NCBI GenBank assembly: GCA_005223125.1
Contig: NJBH01000010.1
Location: 32,001 to 96,000 of the forward strand
Length of the DNA: 64,000 nucleotides
Reading direction: 5' to 3'
Source of the DNA: Promethearchaeota archaeon Loki_b32
GTDB taxonomy: Archaea; Asgardarchaeota; Lokiarchaeia; Sigyniarchaeales; SOKP01
Shown here piece by piece: positions 10,401-19,807 of the stretch. A model generated the notes under the pieces. That model was given only the letters and a program-made list of their open reading frames with translations. It did no database searches and was not told the origin of the DNA. The position numbers and the translations under genes were made by a program. Position 1 is the first letter of the stretch, and each line of letters opens with the position of its first letter.

Positions 10401-11917
10401 AATGATGATAAAGAAGCTTGAAAATTGGTCATTTTAGAGTTCAATTGATTTTTCTCAAGTTGAATAGCATTTATATTATTTTCTAAATCTTTTTGGTTCT
10501 GATTTTCTTTAGAAATTTTAGTGTTTAACTCGTTTATTCGTTTTCTTATTTCCGATTCTGCTTTTTTAGTGGCTTCAATGGCTTCGTCAATACTTTCTGC
10601 ATCTCTTTTTAATTTTTGAAGCTCATTTTCTAATTTATCCTTCTTTTCTTCATTCTTTTTAATAGTGCCTCTGAGCATCTTAATTTGGGCGTTATTAGAT
10701 GAAATGCTTTGTTGGATCTTAGAAATATCTGCTTTAAAAAGAGATTTTTCATCTTCAGTATTTTTTATTTTAACATCCAATTCAGCTTGATTTTGATGCT
10801 TTTTTTCAATTTCAATTTTAGTTTCTTCAATAAGATTCTCGAATTCCGAAATTTCATTTGTTACATTTTCTATTAGTGAATCAAATGATTGTCCTTCCTC
10901 AAGTTCCATTTGCTGACTTTCTAAAGTTTCAATTTCTTTAGTTAATTTATCAATTGACTTTTTAGCTAAATTTAATGTTGTCTGACTTGAAGAAATTTGT
11001 GTTTTTACTTGAGTTATTTTTTCCGTGATCTGCTCTCTTTCCTTTTCTTTATCTGTAATGGTTTTTTGAATATTATCCATAACAAGAGATTCTTGTTTTA
11101 ATATGTCTTCTTGTCGGTTTATTTTTTCTTGCAATTCTTCAGTAATTTTTAATGAATTTTCGATCTTCTTTTCCAATTCATCTTCTTCTTCTCTCAATTT
11201 TGATATATTTAATGCAATCAGCTGTGAATTTAAAAAATTTATTTGTTCATCTAATTCTTTCCAAGCTAATGCATCATTTTTCTCTTTTTCAACCTTTTTC
11301 AATTGTGCTGACACTTCTTTGAAGATAGCCTCAAATTGTCCTAAATCTCTTTCTGCTTTTTCTAGCTCCTTTAATGTCGCATCTTTCATTTCGTCATATT
11401 TTTGAAGACCTATTAATTCCTCGATAAATCTCCTACGATTTTCTGTATTCATATGAGTTAACTCTACTATTTTTCCCTGAAGAACAAATTGATTACTTCC
11501 ATCAGGATCAATATTTGCTGCTGCTAATGCATTAAGAATTTGTTGTCGGGTTGATTTTTTTCCATTCATTTTATACCCCCCCCCGCCACCTCTCTTAACT
11601 ACACGTGTAATTTCAAAATCATTGGTGGAACCTCCCGGGAAAAGATTCTCAGAATTATCGAAATATAATGTAACAGACGCTCTTTGAGAGGGATTTTTTC
11701 CTCGTGAACCAGCAAAGATCAAATCTTCTAAACTCTTAGCCCTCATCGTTTTTTTACTTAGTCTTCCTAAAGCAAAACAAAGTGCATCAATAATATTTGA
11801 TTTTCCCGCACCATTAGGTCCTACAATGCATGTAAATCCACTAGAAAGCCGAATGGTTACCGTTCTATCTCCAAAGCTTTTAAAACCACTCATAGAAATT
11901 TTCTTAATGTAAGTCAA
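7463..11917 (-). CDS. smc: Chromosome segregation SMC ATPase (1484 aa, atypical central region)
   Basis: GFKSF, Walker A GPNGAGKS, Q-loop FVLQG, signature LSGGEK, Walker B YVLDEIDAALD, long coiled coils; TTG start with GGAG RBS. Confidence 0.95.
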   Translation of the reverse strand: MTYIKKISMSGFKSFGDRTVTIRLSSGFTCIVGPNGAGKSNIIDALCFALGRLSKKTMRAKSLEDLIFAGSRGKNPSQRASVTLYFDNSENLFPGGSTNDFEITRVVKRGGGGGYKMNGKKSTRQQILNALAAANIDPDGSNQFVLQGKIVELTHMNTENRRRFIEELIGLQKYDEMKDATLKELEKAERDLGQFEAIFKEVSAQLKKVEKEKNDALAWKELDEQINFLNSQLIALNISKLREEEDELEKKIENSLKITEELQEKINRQEDILKQESLVMDNIQKTITDKEKEREQITEKITQVKTQISSSQTTLNLAKKSIDKLTKEIETLESQQMELEEGQSFDSLIENVTNEISEFENLIEETKIEIEKKHQNQAELDVKIKNTEDEKSLFKADISKIQQSISSNNAQIKMLRGTIKKNEEKKDKLENELQKLKRDAESIDEAIEATKKAESEIRKRINELNTKISKENQNQKDLENNINAIQLEKNQLNSKMTNFQASLSSLNTEIKMNQDNIQELNQKKISIENKIADLSKGKDAEKAVKELLKENEDYNKDLNELRTKFKQENSVYRKNEQDLELIKMKRYSYESEINDNRAKTDNINTELRILSKELTKLDREKNNLELQVDSLNKNITNIKSEAEKSEYKKENVQRRLEELSQERENLSKKIESSEEEYEKNTKDITGILQILNMLTQNINISVESIKSNIQQSNAEAIESSAEDFKKFILDIIDIMKSVEAIGGDEEKPTEMTEMLSSIMQTLRLFTDNADDTIIQLIDKVKESADVEVQSSTSTFDSFVQDLMEILENVYLSLRKLTMSKSQELYKQLEEISENINSQSEDYNKIEKQLSESNIQEKHFSENLSAYNKRLEEINKRTTELNERIKKAEEEIAERDKTISNRQLEVDNLDNEIIKLKEVKDTYWDKISKIQDDIDIKQKELENLREKLQELHGIQNLFDNIIEIDDNIEKLNNLIREKKDLIINTEEHIKTIRSEQDSLQKNIDELILQKENFWDKTENIRKQIDDENKTLEDTMDRLRALENVMRIITSIEDIKKENIEANNKIENCQKDIEGLNSQVDEIQKNVDQKQQVIDSLRNEKSEELESQKAAQKKLNKLNKDLQKSQGKLNELNKNKEREQKIIELGQDIRDTEEQVESITKELEVFKEDLNNEDMKKNEKQKEIDKFSQEKDESWKKQKQYQKTITDLKSDLSMENSKVNNFESKKIMCTDQIETLFQRSKEFGSLPPVTDDLSEAELQSDIMESKKKKKALEPVNLKAIEQYDAVKERFDEIDMRRQTIQRERKSILDAIDKIELEKTRTFMKAYHEINREFSRIFQKLSPGGSAKMILDRPDKPFEGGISIEARPRGKKISSLEILSGGEKTLVALSFIFAVQEFYPAPFYVLDEIDAALDGPNVHRVSMLLKEFATQAQFLVISHREENIVNSDRIYGVSMQQSGITDIFSVDLEEEAKRLLELEDIEPIITE

Positions 11918-12093
11918 AATTTATCTCCCTTTCTACTCTTTATTATTAAAAAAATAGTGTGATTACACCTATAAATATATAATATTCCCTATTAAAAAAA
12001 TCTGTTTTACATTTTCTGATTTTCGAAATCGTCCATAATTGGTTTTTTCTATTGAAACTAGCAATCAATCAGATTAAGGCTTAAAAAAGATAA

Positions 12094-13284
12094 TTATTGA
12101 TTAAATATTGTGTCAATTATAACCTTGATTTGTTTAGGATTTATCAATATAAAAAATAAATTATTATTTACATTGGTAAGACTGTTATGAGTATTTAATT
12201 TGCTTAATATTTGTTTTGAGGTTTTTATAATTCCAATATTTAATAATTCTTCAGTTAATTTACGAAATTCATTAAAATTTTTATTATATTCTAATATCTC
12301 ACAGGAAATTTCATATAACTCTTGTAGTTCTTCTAAAGAAATATAATAATTCATTTTACGCATAAAATAATTTGAGAGGTTGTCTAAGAATATAACAGTT
12401 AAGATATCTTCTTCTGAAAGATAATAAAACATGCTAAACTCATCAGAAATTTGAAAATTATCAAACTCATTCTGACAAATTTCTAAAAGTTCAAAATTAC
12501 TAATATTATTTTTGTTTTTTAATATTGGATATATATCTCGAAGAATGTCAATCCCTTTGCCAGGAACAGGCACATATTGTTCACAAATTAAATCTGTTAT
12601 ATATTGAATTAATTGATTATCAATTTCATGTGAAAAACTTAATAGGACTCTTTGTTTAAGAATAGCATAAAGCTCATGATAAGTGAAAAAATTTAATCTA
12701 TTTTTAAAATCAAATTCAGAAAGCAAATCTATTGTTCCTGGGCGAATAATTTTATTTGCAGTAGAGATTAAAGTTATATTCGCCTCTCTACTGAATTGTA
12801 GGAATTTATTAAAAATTTCGGGTTCTAAATATTCGATGTTATTAAATATAAAAAACAAATGAGAATCGACCTTATTGCTAATAAATTTAAAAGTGTTCCA
12901 TAAGTTGGAGATATCTGAATTTAAAATCGATCGTAAATCGATATTGATATTAGAAAAGGTAATTATTTCACTTAACAATGAAAATATTACTTCTTCAATG
13001 TTTTTTTCCTTACAATCCACAAAAACGTTATTAATTTGAATGAAATCTTTATTTTGATTTAAAAGATCATTTAATACTTTATTTATTACTGCTTTCTTTC
13101 CGATTCCATTAATCCCTTGATATAATATATTAAGGCAAAACTCATCAGAAATTGAATCATTTAAAATCGAAAATAAAGAATCTTCTTCTTTTTTTCTGTA
13201 TAATAGACGTGGTGGGATAAAATTTGGATCAAACAAAGCTTTAGTTCCTATATAGTTATTATTTAGATTGGATTTTGCTATCAT
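12094..13284 (-). CDS. Cdc6/Orc1-like AAA+ protein, degenerate ATPase motifs
   Basis: LFDPNFIPPRLLYRKKE (Cdc6 N-terminal box), GINGIGKK Walker A, FIFNNIE in place of Walker B, FTYHELYAILKQR, C-terminal winged-helix-like region; ATG 13284 chosen as start. Confidence 0.7.
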   Translation of the reverse strand: MIAKSNLNNNYIGTKALFDPNFIPPRLLYRKKEEDSLFSILNDSISDEFCLNILYQGINGIGKKAVINKVLNDLLNQNKDFIQINNVFVDCKEKNIEEVIFSLLSEIITFSNINIDLRSILNSDISNLWNTFKFISNKVDSHLFFIFNNIEYLEPEIFNKFLQFSREANITLISTANKIIRPGTIDLLSEFDFKNRLNFFTYHELYAILKQRVLLSFSHEIDNQLIQYITDLICEQYVPVPGKGIDILRDIYPILKNKNNISNFELLEICQNEFDNFQISDEFSMFYYLSEEDILTVIFLDNLSNYFMRKMNYYISLEELQELYEISCEILEYNKNFNEFRKLTEELLNIGIIKTSKQILSKLNTHNSLTNVNNNLFFILINPKQIKVIIDTIFNQ

Positions 13285-13500
13285 ATTTTTAACCTTAGTT
13301 TTAATTGATTTTAGACATATATATTTAAACCCCACCCACAGAGAGGTCACTAAAAGTAAAACTAAATTTAATATTAGAGGAAAATTATAGTAGAAATATA
13401 ATCTTTTAAAAATGTGAGGATTTAAATATAGCTTGGGTTAAAAATTCCTTTAAAACAAGATTGGAAGATCCAGAAGAGAATTTCAATTTATAAATGAGAT

Positions 13501-14457
13501 CTATTCAAAACTTTCTAGTAAATTTTTTAAATTGGTAGCTAATAATGGCAAATATTCATAGGATTTAATTTTCACTTTCTTATTTAAACAGAGTGCCACC
13601 AAATAAAGTCTGGTATCACCAATATCCAATTTCCTAAGAAAAATTATTCCTTCCTTTTGAAATTTTGATTGTTTCTCTGGAAATTCTACATTTGTTACTA
13701 TATCGATTGTATTTATATCCCATTCTTCTAATTTTTCTAATGCTTGAGTCAATCTGGGTGCTATGGCTTCACAAATTTTCTGATAATTCTCATTTGTAGT
13801 TCTACTAGCAATTATAAAACAATTCTGATCTAATAGAAGCATCGAACTATTGTAAGTTTTACCCATATACTCTTTCAATAAAGATTCAAACATTTTGGAT
13901 TTGTGTGTTGCATAAAAAACACCATCAGAAAAAGCCTTTAATAAGCTTGGTTCATCATAAATAGACGTCCTAAAAATAGAAAACTTGACATCCTCTATTA
14001 CAGAGGAAATTTCATTTTCTAAATAATTAATGTGAGTTAAAACATCTTTATTATTTTTAATATCAGGATCATATTTGTGGAGTAATATTAAGAATTGGAA
14101 ATTATCAAGATGTGAATCTGAGGTGATATTTATAATATCTTTAAGAAAAGTTAAAGACTCTTCAAATTTCTCAGGTGCTTGAATGTCAATTACATAAAAT
14201 ATCGATTGCATTTCAGTAAAATATTTGCTTTTATCACCTAAATATATTTTTCTGTAATTCTTTTGACCACCTAAGTCCCAACGGACAATTGAAGTTCCCA
14301 ATAATGAGTTTGTATGAAAAGTTCTTTTTGCTTTGATTGTCGGTTTGACTGTAGGTAATAGGCTAAATTTTTTATCTAGTAAAAGTAAAATTGATGTCTT
14401 TCCACCACTTTCTAAACCACAGAAAAGTATTTTTTTAAGCTCTCTTGATCCTTTCAT
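13501..14457 (-). CDS. Small GTPase (Rag/Gtr- or Arf-like) fused to a C-terminal roadblock/longin-like domain
   Basis: G1 GLESGGKTS, G3 WDLGGQ, G4 LLHKYD, G5 TSIYD; about 130-aa alpha/beta C-terminal domain. Confidence 0.85.
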   Translation of the reverse strand: MKGSRELKKILFCGLESGGKTSILLLLDKKFSLLPTVKPTIKAKRTFHTNSLLGTSIVRWDLGGQKNYRKIYLGDKSKYFTEMQSIFYVIDIQAPEKFEESLTFLKDIINITSDSHLDNFQFLILLHKYDPDIKNNKDVLTHINYLENEISSVIEDVKFSIFRTSIYDEPSLLKAFSDGVFYATHKSKMFESLLKEYMGKTYNSSMLLLDQNCFIIASRTTNENYQKICEAIAPRLTQALEKLEEWDINTIDIVTNVEFPEKQSKFQKEGIIFLRKLDIGDTRLYLVALCLNKKVKIKSYEYLPLLATNLKNLLESFE

Positions 14458-14482
14458 ATCAATTTACAGTATCACATTTAAT

Positions 14483-15301
14483 TTATTTATTAATGATTTT
14501 GACTTTGATATTATTTTTTTCAATTTTTTCATTAAAACGAATTTCTCTTAATTTTCTCGGAAATTGTAAATCTATCTTATCAAAAATAAATCCACTTGAG
14601 TTTATTGGCCCTTCTACAATTTTTAATTTTGATGGAGATATATGTCCTTCATAAAAAGATATTATCTTGCTGTTTCCAAGAAAATTCCTTTTAAGATACT
14701 TACCTAACGTATTACATGCTACAATAGGTACTCTATTTTCAAGAGCTCGTGCTTTTAGATATATATACCAATTTTTCATTCCATCATCTCTTATTTGAGT
14801 TGGTGAAAACAAGATATCTGCTCCATTTTCAACAGACAGTCTAGGAGTTTCAAAAAAAGCCATATCAAAACATATAAGAATTGTAAAATTATAAGAGTTA
14901 TTTAGTTTAAATAACTTTAATTCTTTACCGGGCTCAAATAATTCACGTTCATAAGCGTACAGATGTATTTTATCTTGTCTACCAATTTCTTCACCATTTT
15001 CATTAATAAAATAACATGTTATAGCAGGTTTTTTTGAATTAGTTCTTTTTTCCCAGATTGCGCCAGAAATGAATTTTATATTATATTTTTTCGCTAAATT
15101 CTTAATAAAAAAGTAATCATTACCCCTTTGATCTTGAAAATTTTGAGCTGAATCTCTAAAAAAAGGAACCCATCTTTCTGGTAAGCATATAATATCACAT
15201 TTATTATGTTCCTTCAACAATTCTTTTAAAATCCGTTCAATTTCGTTGTAACATTTTGTTCTATTTTCAAAAATTTGAGGTTGAATACAAGCTATATTCA
15301 T
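14483..15301 (-). CDS. Carbon-nitrogen hydrolase (nitrilase superfamily)
   Basis: Catalytic triad contexts LPE, KIHL, ICFD; ARALEN. Confidence 0.9.
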   Translation of the reverse strand: MNIACIQPQIFENRTKCYNEIERILKELLKEHNKCDIICLPERWVPFFRDSAQNFQDQRGNDYFFIKNLAKKYNIKFISGAIWEKRTNSKKPAITCYFINENGEEIGRQDKIHLYAYERELFEPGKELKLFKLNNSYNFTILICFDMAFFETPRLSVENGADILFSPTQIRDDGMKNWYIYLKARALENRVPIVACNTLGKYLKRNFLGNSKIISFYEGHISPSKLKIVEGPINSSGFIFDKIDLQFPRKLREIRFNEKIEKNNIKVKIINK

Positions 15302-15309
15302 TTTATGCT

Positions 15310-16065
15310 TTACTCCAAAATTTCTTTATTGTTAATTTGATCAATTACATCAAATAATTCATCCAAACTAGAGATTTCATAATTTGGCTTGAAATCTTTT
15401 TGAAAATTGAAATTGGTTTTATAATTATCATATTTTCCTCCTCTATGAAGATATACACTATGAATTTTATTTGCATTAGCTGGAATCATATCTTTTTCAA
15501 TTCTATCTCCAACATATATAGTCTCCTGACCTTTAACCCCAAATTTTTTCAAACAGTAATTAAATAGTTCTGGATTGGGTTTTTTAATTCCTATTTCATC
15601 TGAAATAACAACTAAATCAATTGAACTCTCAATTTTAAGTCTTAAAATCTTTTCATACTGTTTTATTGGTATTCCATCTGTAATAATTGCCGTTTTTATT
15701 GATAATTCCTTTATTCTCCTTAAATTATTTTTAACATCATCATATAATTTTATTGAATTAACTTTTTCTTCGTGGTATGCCATAACAGCTGCAGCTATAT
15801 ATTTATATCGATTATTATATGAGACATATTCTATATTTTCATCCACCTGATTCAATCTTCTAATAAAGATATTATAATGTTTTGAAAAATTTGAACCGTA
15901 TTCTTTTACAATTTCTCTTAATATCTGTTTTGCTTTCTCCTTATCTATTTTCAAGCCTAAATTAATCATTGCGTTAAGTCCATTAATTCTGGCTCTTTCA
16001 GATAAGCCCGTCGAGTCAAAGAGACAATCATCTAAATCAAATCCAATCAATTTTATGGGACTCAT
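15310..16065 (-). CDS. HAD-family hydrolase (TIGR02253-like)
   Basis: FDLDD motif I, ITDG, KKPNP, YVGDR. Confidence 0.9.
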   Translation of the reverse strand: MSPIKLIGFDLDDCLFDSTGLSERARINGLNAMINLGLKIDKEKAKQILREIVKEYGSNFSKHYNIFIRRLNQVDENIEYVSYNNRYKYIAAAVMAYHEEKVNSIKLYDDVKNNLRRIKELSIKTAIITDGIPIKQYEKILRLKIESSIDLVVISDEIGIKKPNPELFNYCLKKFGVKGQETIYVGDRIEKDMIPANANKIHSVYLHRGGKYDNYKTNFNFQKDFKPNYEISSLDELFDVIDQINNKEILE

Positions 16066-16257
16066 TATCAGATTCCTTTTTTATCTTTAACTCATTAAAA
16101 TAATTTAAGTTGATTGCTTATATTAATTATCCTAAGATATTAGAGGTTAAGTTAAGATAAATTTATTTATCTTTAATAATATATAATCTTCAATATTAAT
16201 TTATTTTAGGTTAAACAGAAAAAAAAGCTGTTCTTGTTATTTAACAAATAAACCGTA

Positions 16258-17484
16258 ATGGAGATTCATTATTTGAAAACAATCGTCGCCTTATCATATT
16301 TTCATCGCAAAATTGGTCCTTTAGTATTTTATTCTTATCCAAAAAATATTTTAGATAAGGAATTATCATTAAAAATTGCTAACATCATGGATCAGCAATT
16401 TAGTGAAGGTTTTTTTACACATTCGTTTGAAAATCTAAAATCAATGAATTATTACTTTGAAATTCATTCAGATTGGGCTCGAGGAAATAAGGAAATGCTC
16501 ATGATTTCAATAATTTTAGATCAGCAAATTTCGCTCGAAATCGAAGAAAAAATCTCAATTTTATGTAATGAATTTTCAGAACAGTTACAATCAAATGAAG
16601 AGATTTATACAGCATTTTATATTAATGATATGAATAATTTTGAAGAAGATGATCAGGAAAACATAGTTAAAAACGAATCTTTAATCAATTTATGGGTAAC
16701 TAATTTATACTGGAATGTCATAGAATATACAAGAGAGAAAACGGAAGAAGAAAAAATCGGTTTTTTATTAAAGGATAAACAAATATTTAAAACCTTAGAA
16801 AAGTTATCAAAAGGCCCAATCCCTTTAGAATGGTTAAGAGAATGGTTTATCGAAAAATTCCCTGAAAAAGATTTTAATGAGATTATTGAAACTTTAGATG
16901 ATCGACAATTTATTTTTATTAATCAAATAGGTTTAGTAGAAAAATATGTACTTTTAGTTAAAGAAGTTAATGCTGAAAGAATCCCACCAGACAGTGTCAT
17001 TGAATATATTGATGATAAACCAGAATTAATTGAATTACTTCTCCCAAAAGTTCAAGAATACTTCAGTGAATACGAAAGGAAAACTAAGGAAGATATAAAG
17101 GATGATGCCTTTACATTATATCAAATTATGGCAGACCCCAAAAAATATAATGTTCTTTCCGAATTAAGAAATGGACTAATTTCAAAGGATAAATTACCAA
17201 AATTAGTATCAAAAAAATCTCTGGATTCATTAATGGAAAACATTGAATTCTTAAAGAATTTTGATGTAATTGAAGAATTAAATTACAACGGGGAAACTTA
17301 TATAGTTTTAAAGACAAATTTACAAATTACTACAGCTTTTCCAGAATGGATGAGAAAATTGTTACCCAAAGAATCAGAACCCGTAGTAGCAAATAAATAT
17401 CTCACTAAGGTTAAAGAAGGTAAAGAGACGTCAAAAAGTAGGAGAAGTAAAAATTCAAAAAAAAGAGCAACACCTAAAAAATAA
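16258..17484 (+). CDS. Longin/uDENN-like domain protein with C-terminal winged-helix-like repeats
   Basis: N-terminal ALSYFHRKIGPLVFYSYP and ARGNKEMLMISIIL resemble the longin/uDENN fold; helix-helix-wing segments later. Family assigned by pattern recognition only. Confidence 0.55.
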   Translation: MEIHYLKTIVALSYFHRKIGPLVFYSYPKNILDKELSLKIANIMDQQFSEGFFTHSFENLKSMNYYFEIHSDWARGNKEMLMISIILDQQISLEIEEKISILCNEFSEQLQSNEEIYTAFYINDMNNFEEDDQENIVKNESLINLWVTNLYWNVIEYTREKTEEEKIGFLLKDKQIFKTLEKLSKGPIPLEWLREWFIEKFPEKDFNEIIETLDDRQFIFINQIGLVEKYVLLVKEVNAERIPPDSVIEYIDDKPELIELLLPKVQEYFSEYERKTKEDIKDDAFTLYQIMADPKKYNVLSELRNGLISKDKLPKLVSKKSLDSLMENIEFLKNFDVIEELNYNGETYIVLKTNLQITTAFPEWMRKLLPKESEPVVANKYLTKVKEGKETSKSRRSKNSKKRATPKK

Positions 17485-17507
17485 TTTTAATACAAACGAT
17501 TTGGGCT

Positions 17508-17753
17508 ATGTCTAAAGAAGAAACTCAAGAGGATTTAAAAAATCTTTTAGGTTATATGGGAATCGAAATACTAGTAGCAATCGATAATGGAGCAAAAACT
17601 TATGAAACAATTAAATTATTCTCTGGATTACCAATTTCATGTATAAACGGGAGAGTACCCGTCTTACTTGATTTAGGCCTTATTAAAAAGAATAATAATG
17701 AATATTTTTTAACAGATAAAGGAATTCTTTTTAGAAAAAGATTAGACGAATAG
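17508..17753 (+). CDS. Small winged helix-turn-helix protein
   Basis: LLDLGLIKKNNNEYFLTDKG wing motif. Confidence 0.7.
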   Translation: MSKEETQEDLKNLLGYMGIEILVAIDNGAKTYETIKLFSGLPISCINGRVPVLLDLGLIKKNNNEYFLTDKGILFRKRLDE

Positions 17754-17767
17754 CTTTTAAAAAGGGA

Positions 17768-17842
17768 TGACATCAGTTTGGGGCGACAGTGTCATTGCTA
17801 CCGAGCAAGTAGCTAACTTTGTCATAAGTTCATCATTTGTCA
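17768..17842 (-). ncRNA. Candidate box C/D guide sRNA
   Basis: Minus strand: box C ATGATGA (17836-17830), box D CTGA (17776-17773), 5-bp terminal stem TGACA/TGTCA, internal hairpin GCTAC/GTAGC, GC-enriched relative to background. Confidence 0.7.
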
Positions 17843-17849
17843 AATGATG

Positions 17850-18335
17850 CTAATTATCATTACTATTTAATTTTTGATTTTTAGTGGCTTTTTTATAATA
17901 TTTTCTCATATAATATCCTGGTCGTTTTAATCCGCCGCTCTCAGCAATGAGTCTCTCTAACCCACCTTCTTTTAATATAATATTTCTGTAAGTGTTATAA
18001 TCATTATTACTAATTTCATTCCTTCTTAATAGATAGTTTAAAAGATTTATTGCATCCTCCTTTTTTGTGCATCTCCTTATAAAATCAATCACATCTGGAT
18101 TATATAATTCATTCGGATATAATTTATTGGATTTCTGAGATTTTTCTTTATAATTCTTCTCAATTTCATAATCAACGGAATCAATTTTTATTGATTTCTT
18201 CTTTTCAAACATTTCTTTTGTCAAATGTGGGAAACGCTCATCTAATTCTTCCCTATTATACGATAACGTTAGTCCTTCATTGTCCTCAACTTTAATTTTA
18301 TTTTTAGGTTTTCTTTTTTTTTCTTCATCTCCCAT
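17850..18335 (-). CDS. DUF2095-like archaeal protein
   Basis: YNPDVIDFIRRC...AINLLNYL...GGL...KRPGYY pattern; ATG 18335 after GGAG. Confidence 0.7.
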   Translation of the reverse strand: MGDEEKKRKPKNKIKVEDNEGLTLSYNREELDERFPHLTKEMFEKKKSIKIDSVDYEIEKNYKEKSQKSNKLYPNELYNPDVIDFIRRCTKKEDAINLLNYLLRRNEISNNDYNTYRNIILKEGGLERLIAESGGLKRPGYYMRKYYKKATKNQKLNSNDN

Positions 18336-18631
18336 GGATTTAATAACTCCTATAAGATGATTCATACAATCTATTTAATTAACGTTTATATATTCTAAGT
18401 CCGTTTTAGCCATATTATATATAATATATAAGTTAAATAATTATTTAATTTTTAAAAATTTAAAAGATTTTTATGAAGGGTTTTGCTTTAAATTAACATA
18501 GGGTAAGTTGAGTAAAGCTTTTTTAAAAAATTAATAATTTGTTAACATATTCTTTTTAATAAATGATATTCTTTAAGTAAATTTAGGACTTATATTTATT
18601 ATAATATCTAGATTTGATAAATTAAAGGAGA

Positions 18632-19363
18632 GTGTTAATCTTGCTTAAGAAAAAGACATTCATACATCGAAATATTCCCTATTCTTTTAACTGGAATAAG
18701 ATGCACCATAAAGAAAAATACTCTCAATTAACTGTTAATAGAGAAGAATTAAATAGTCTTAAAGAACATTTTAAAAAAGTTTACGAAGGATTAATCCCTA
18801 ATAATCTATTTAATTCAAGAGATTTTCCTAGGGTATCTCAATTTAAAATCAAGGGTATTAAATCTGCTTTTATTAGAAGTTTTAGCAAAAATTTACTCAG
18901 ATCTGGTAAAGTTCAATATCACAATTCTAATTCAAAACTACCTAAGTATGCTCAAAAAGTATTTGATATTTATCGAAAAAATAATTTTATGGGTATCCCT
19001 GGACATGATCCGATTTTAAAAAATATTTTAATTAAAGATAAAGATGCTATTGCGATAGAAGTACCGATTTGGAGTGAAAAAGAGAATAAAGAAATTACAG
19101 GTCATATTGATTTGATTCAAATTGAGAATGATTCTGTTAAAGTGATTGATTATAAACCTGAAGGTAATTTTTTGCTTTCTCTCCCTCAAGTTGCCATGTA
19201 TGGGGTTTTAGTTAAATCTAAATTGAATTTAAATAAAGTTAAATGTATTTCATTTAACAAACAGGGTGCTTGGGAATATGATCCAACAATATTAAAAATG
19301 GATATAAAAGATTATTTGATCTCCCATCAAATTGATGAACGTCCATGGGAATTATTTATTTAA
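18632..19363 (+). CDS. PD-(D/E)XK nuclease family protein
   Basis: IEVPI...GHIDLI...VIDYK...PQVAMY (RecB/Cas4-like core without Fe-S cysteines). Confidence 0.8.
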   Translation: MLILLKKKTFIHRNIPYSFNWNKMHHKEKYSQLTVNREELNSLKEHFKKVYEGLIPNNLFNSRDFPRVSQFKIKGIKSAFIRSFSKNLLRSGKVQYHNSNSKLPKYAQKVFDIYRKNNFMGIPGHDPILKNILIKDKDAIAIEVPIWSEKENKEITGHIDLIQIENDSVKVIDYKPEGNFLLSLPQVAMYGVLVKSKLNLNKVKCISFNKQGAWEYDPTILKMDIKDYLISHQIDERPWELFI

Positions 19364-19375
19364 ATTTATCAATAT

Positions 19376-19651
19376 TTAGAATTTTTTACCTTTAGGCTTA
19401 GATATTTCGGTTTTCTCCTCTGTTTTTAAATATCCCCTCAATAGGAAATAAACTAAAAGTAAAGAGATAATTTCAGTAATAACACCAAAAAAAGTAATTG
19501 TTGTTCCATTAAATCCTAAATATCTTAACAATAAAGCACACCCCAAACCGGCAGATGCTAAAAATACAATAATAATTCCCTTAATAATTTCAAAAAAAGA
19601 GTCTTTTAAATACGCAAGTTCATTTTTAATCCATGAAAATATTACGACCAT
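19376..19651 (-). CDS. Small two-TM membrane protein
   Basis: Two hydrophobic segments and a basic tail. Confidence 0.6.
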   Translation of the reverse strand: MVVIFSWIKNELAYLKDSFFEIIKGIIIVFLASAGLGCALLLRYLGFNGTTITFFGVITEIISLLLVYFLLRGYLKTEEKTEISKPKGKKF

Positions 19652-19807
19652 GAGAATCTACTTGTTCTATCTATTCTATGAATAAATTAAAGAAAGAATA
19701 TTTTAATATCTTTCTGATTTCTAAAAGAAAAGTTAAAAATAATGAGTTCAAAACAATGACTACAGATTTTATCTGGAAACAAATACTTTAAAAAAAAGAA
19801 TTTACTA

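Noticed and set aside
6204-11405. Ser/Phe-rich plus-strand ORFs opposite scpB and smc, and similar short antisense ORFs throughout the track
   Set aside because: Shadow ORFs produced by the Glu/Lys-rich codons of the real genes
11576-11584. Poly-C/G run in smc as a phase-variation tract
   Set aside because: Encodes an in-frame Gly loop in the ATPase head of a probably essential gene
11918-13500. Replication origin next to the Cdc6-like gene
   Set aside because: Flanking spacers are short and I see no repeated ORB-like elements
18632-19363. Cas4/CRISPR system
   Set aside because: PD-(D/E)XK core only, no Fe-S cysteines, no other cas genes and no repeat-spacer array in the window
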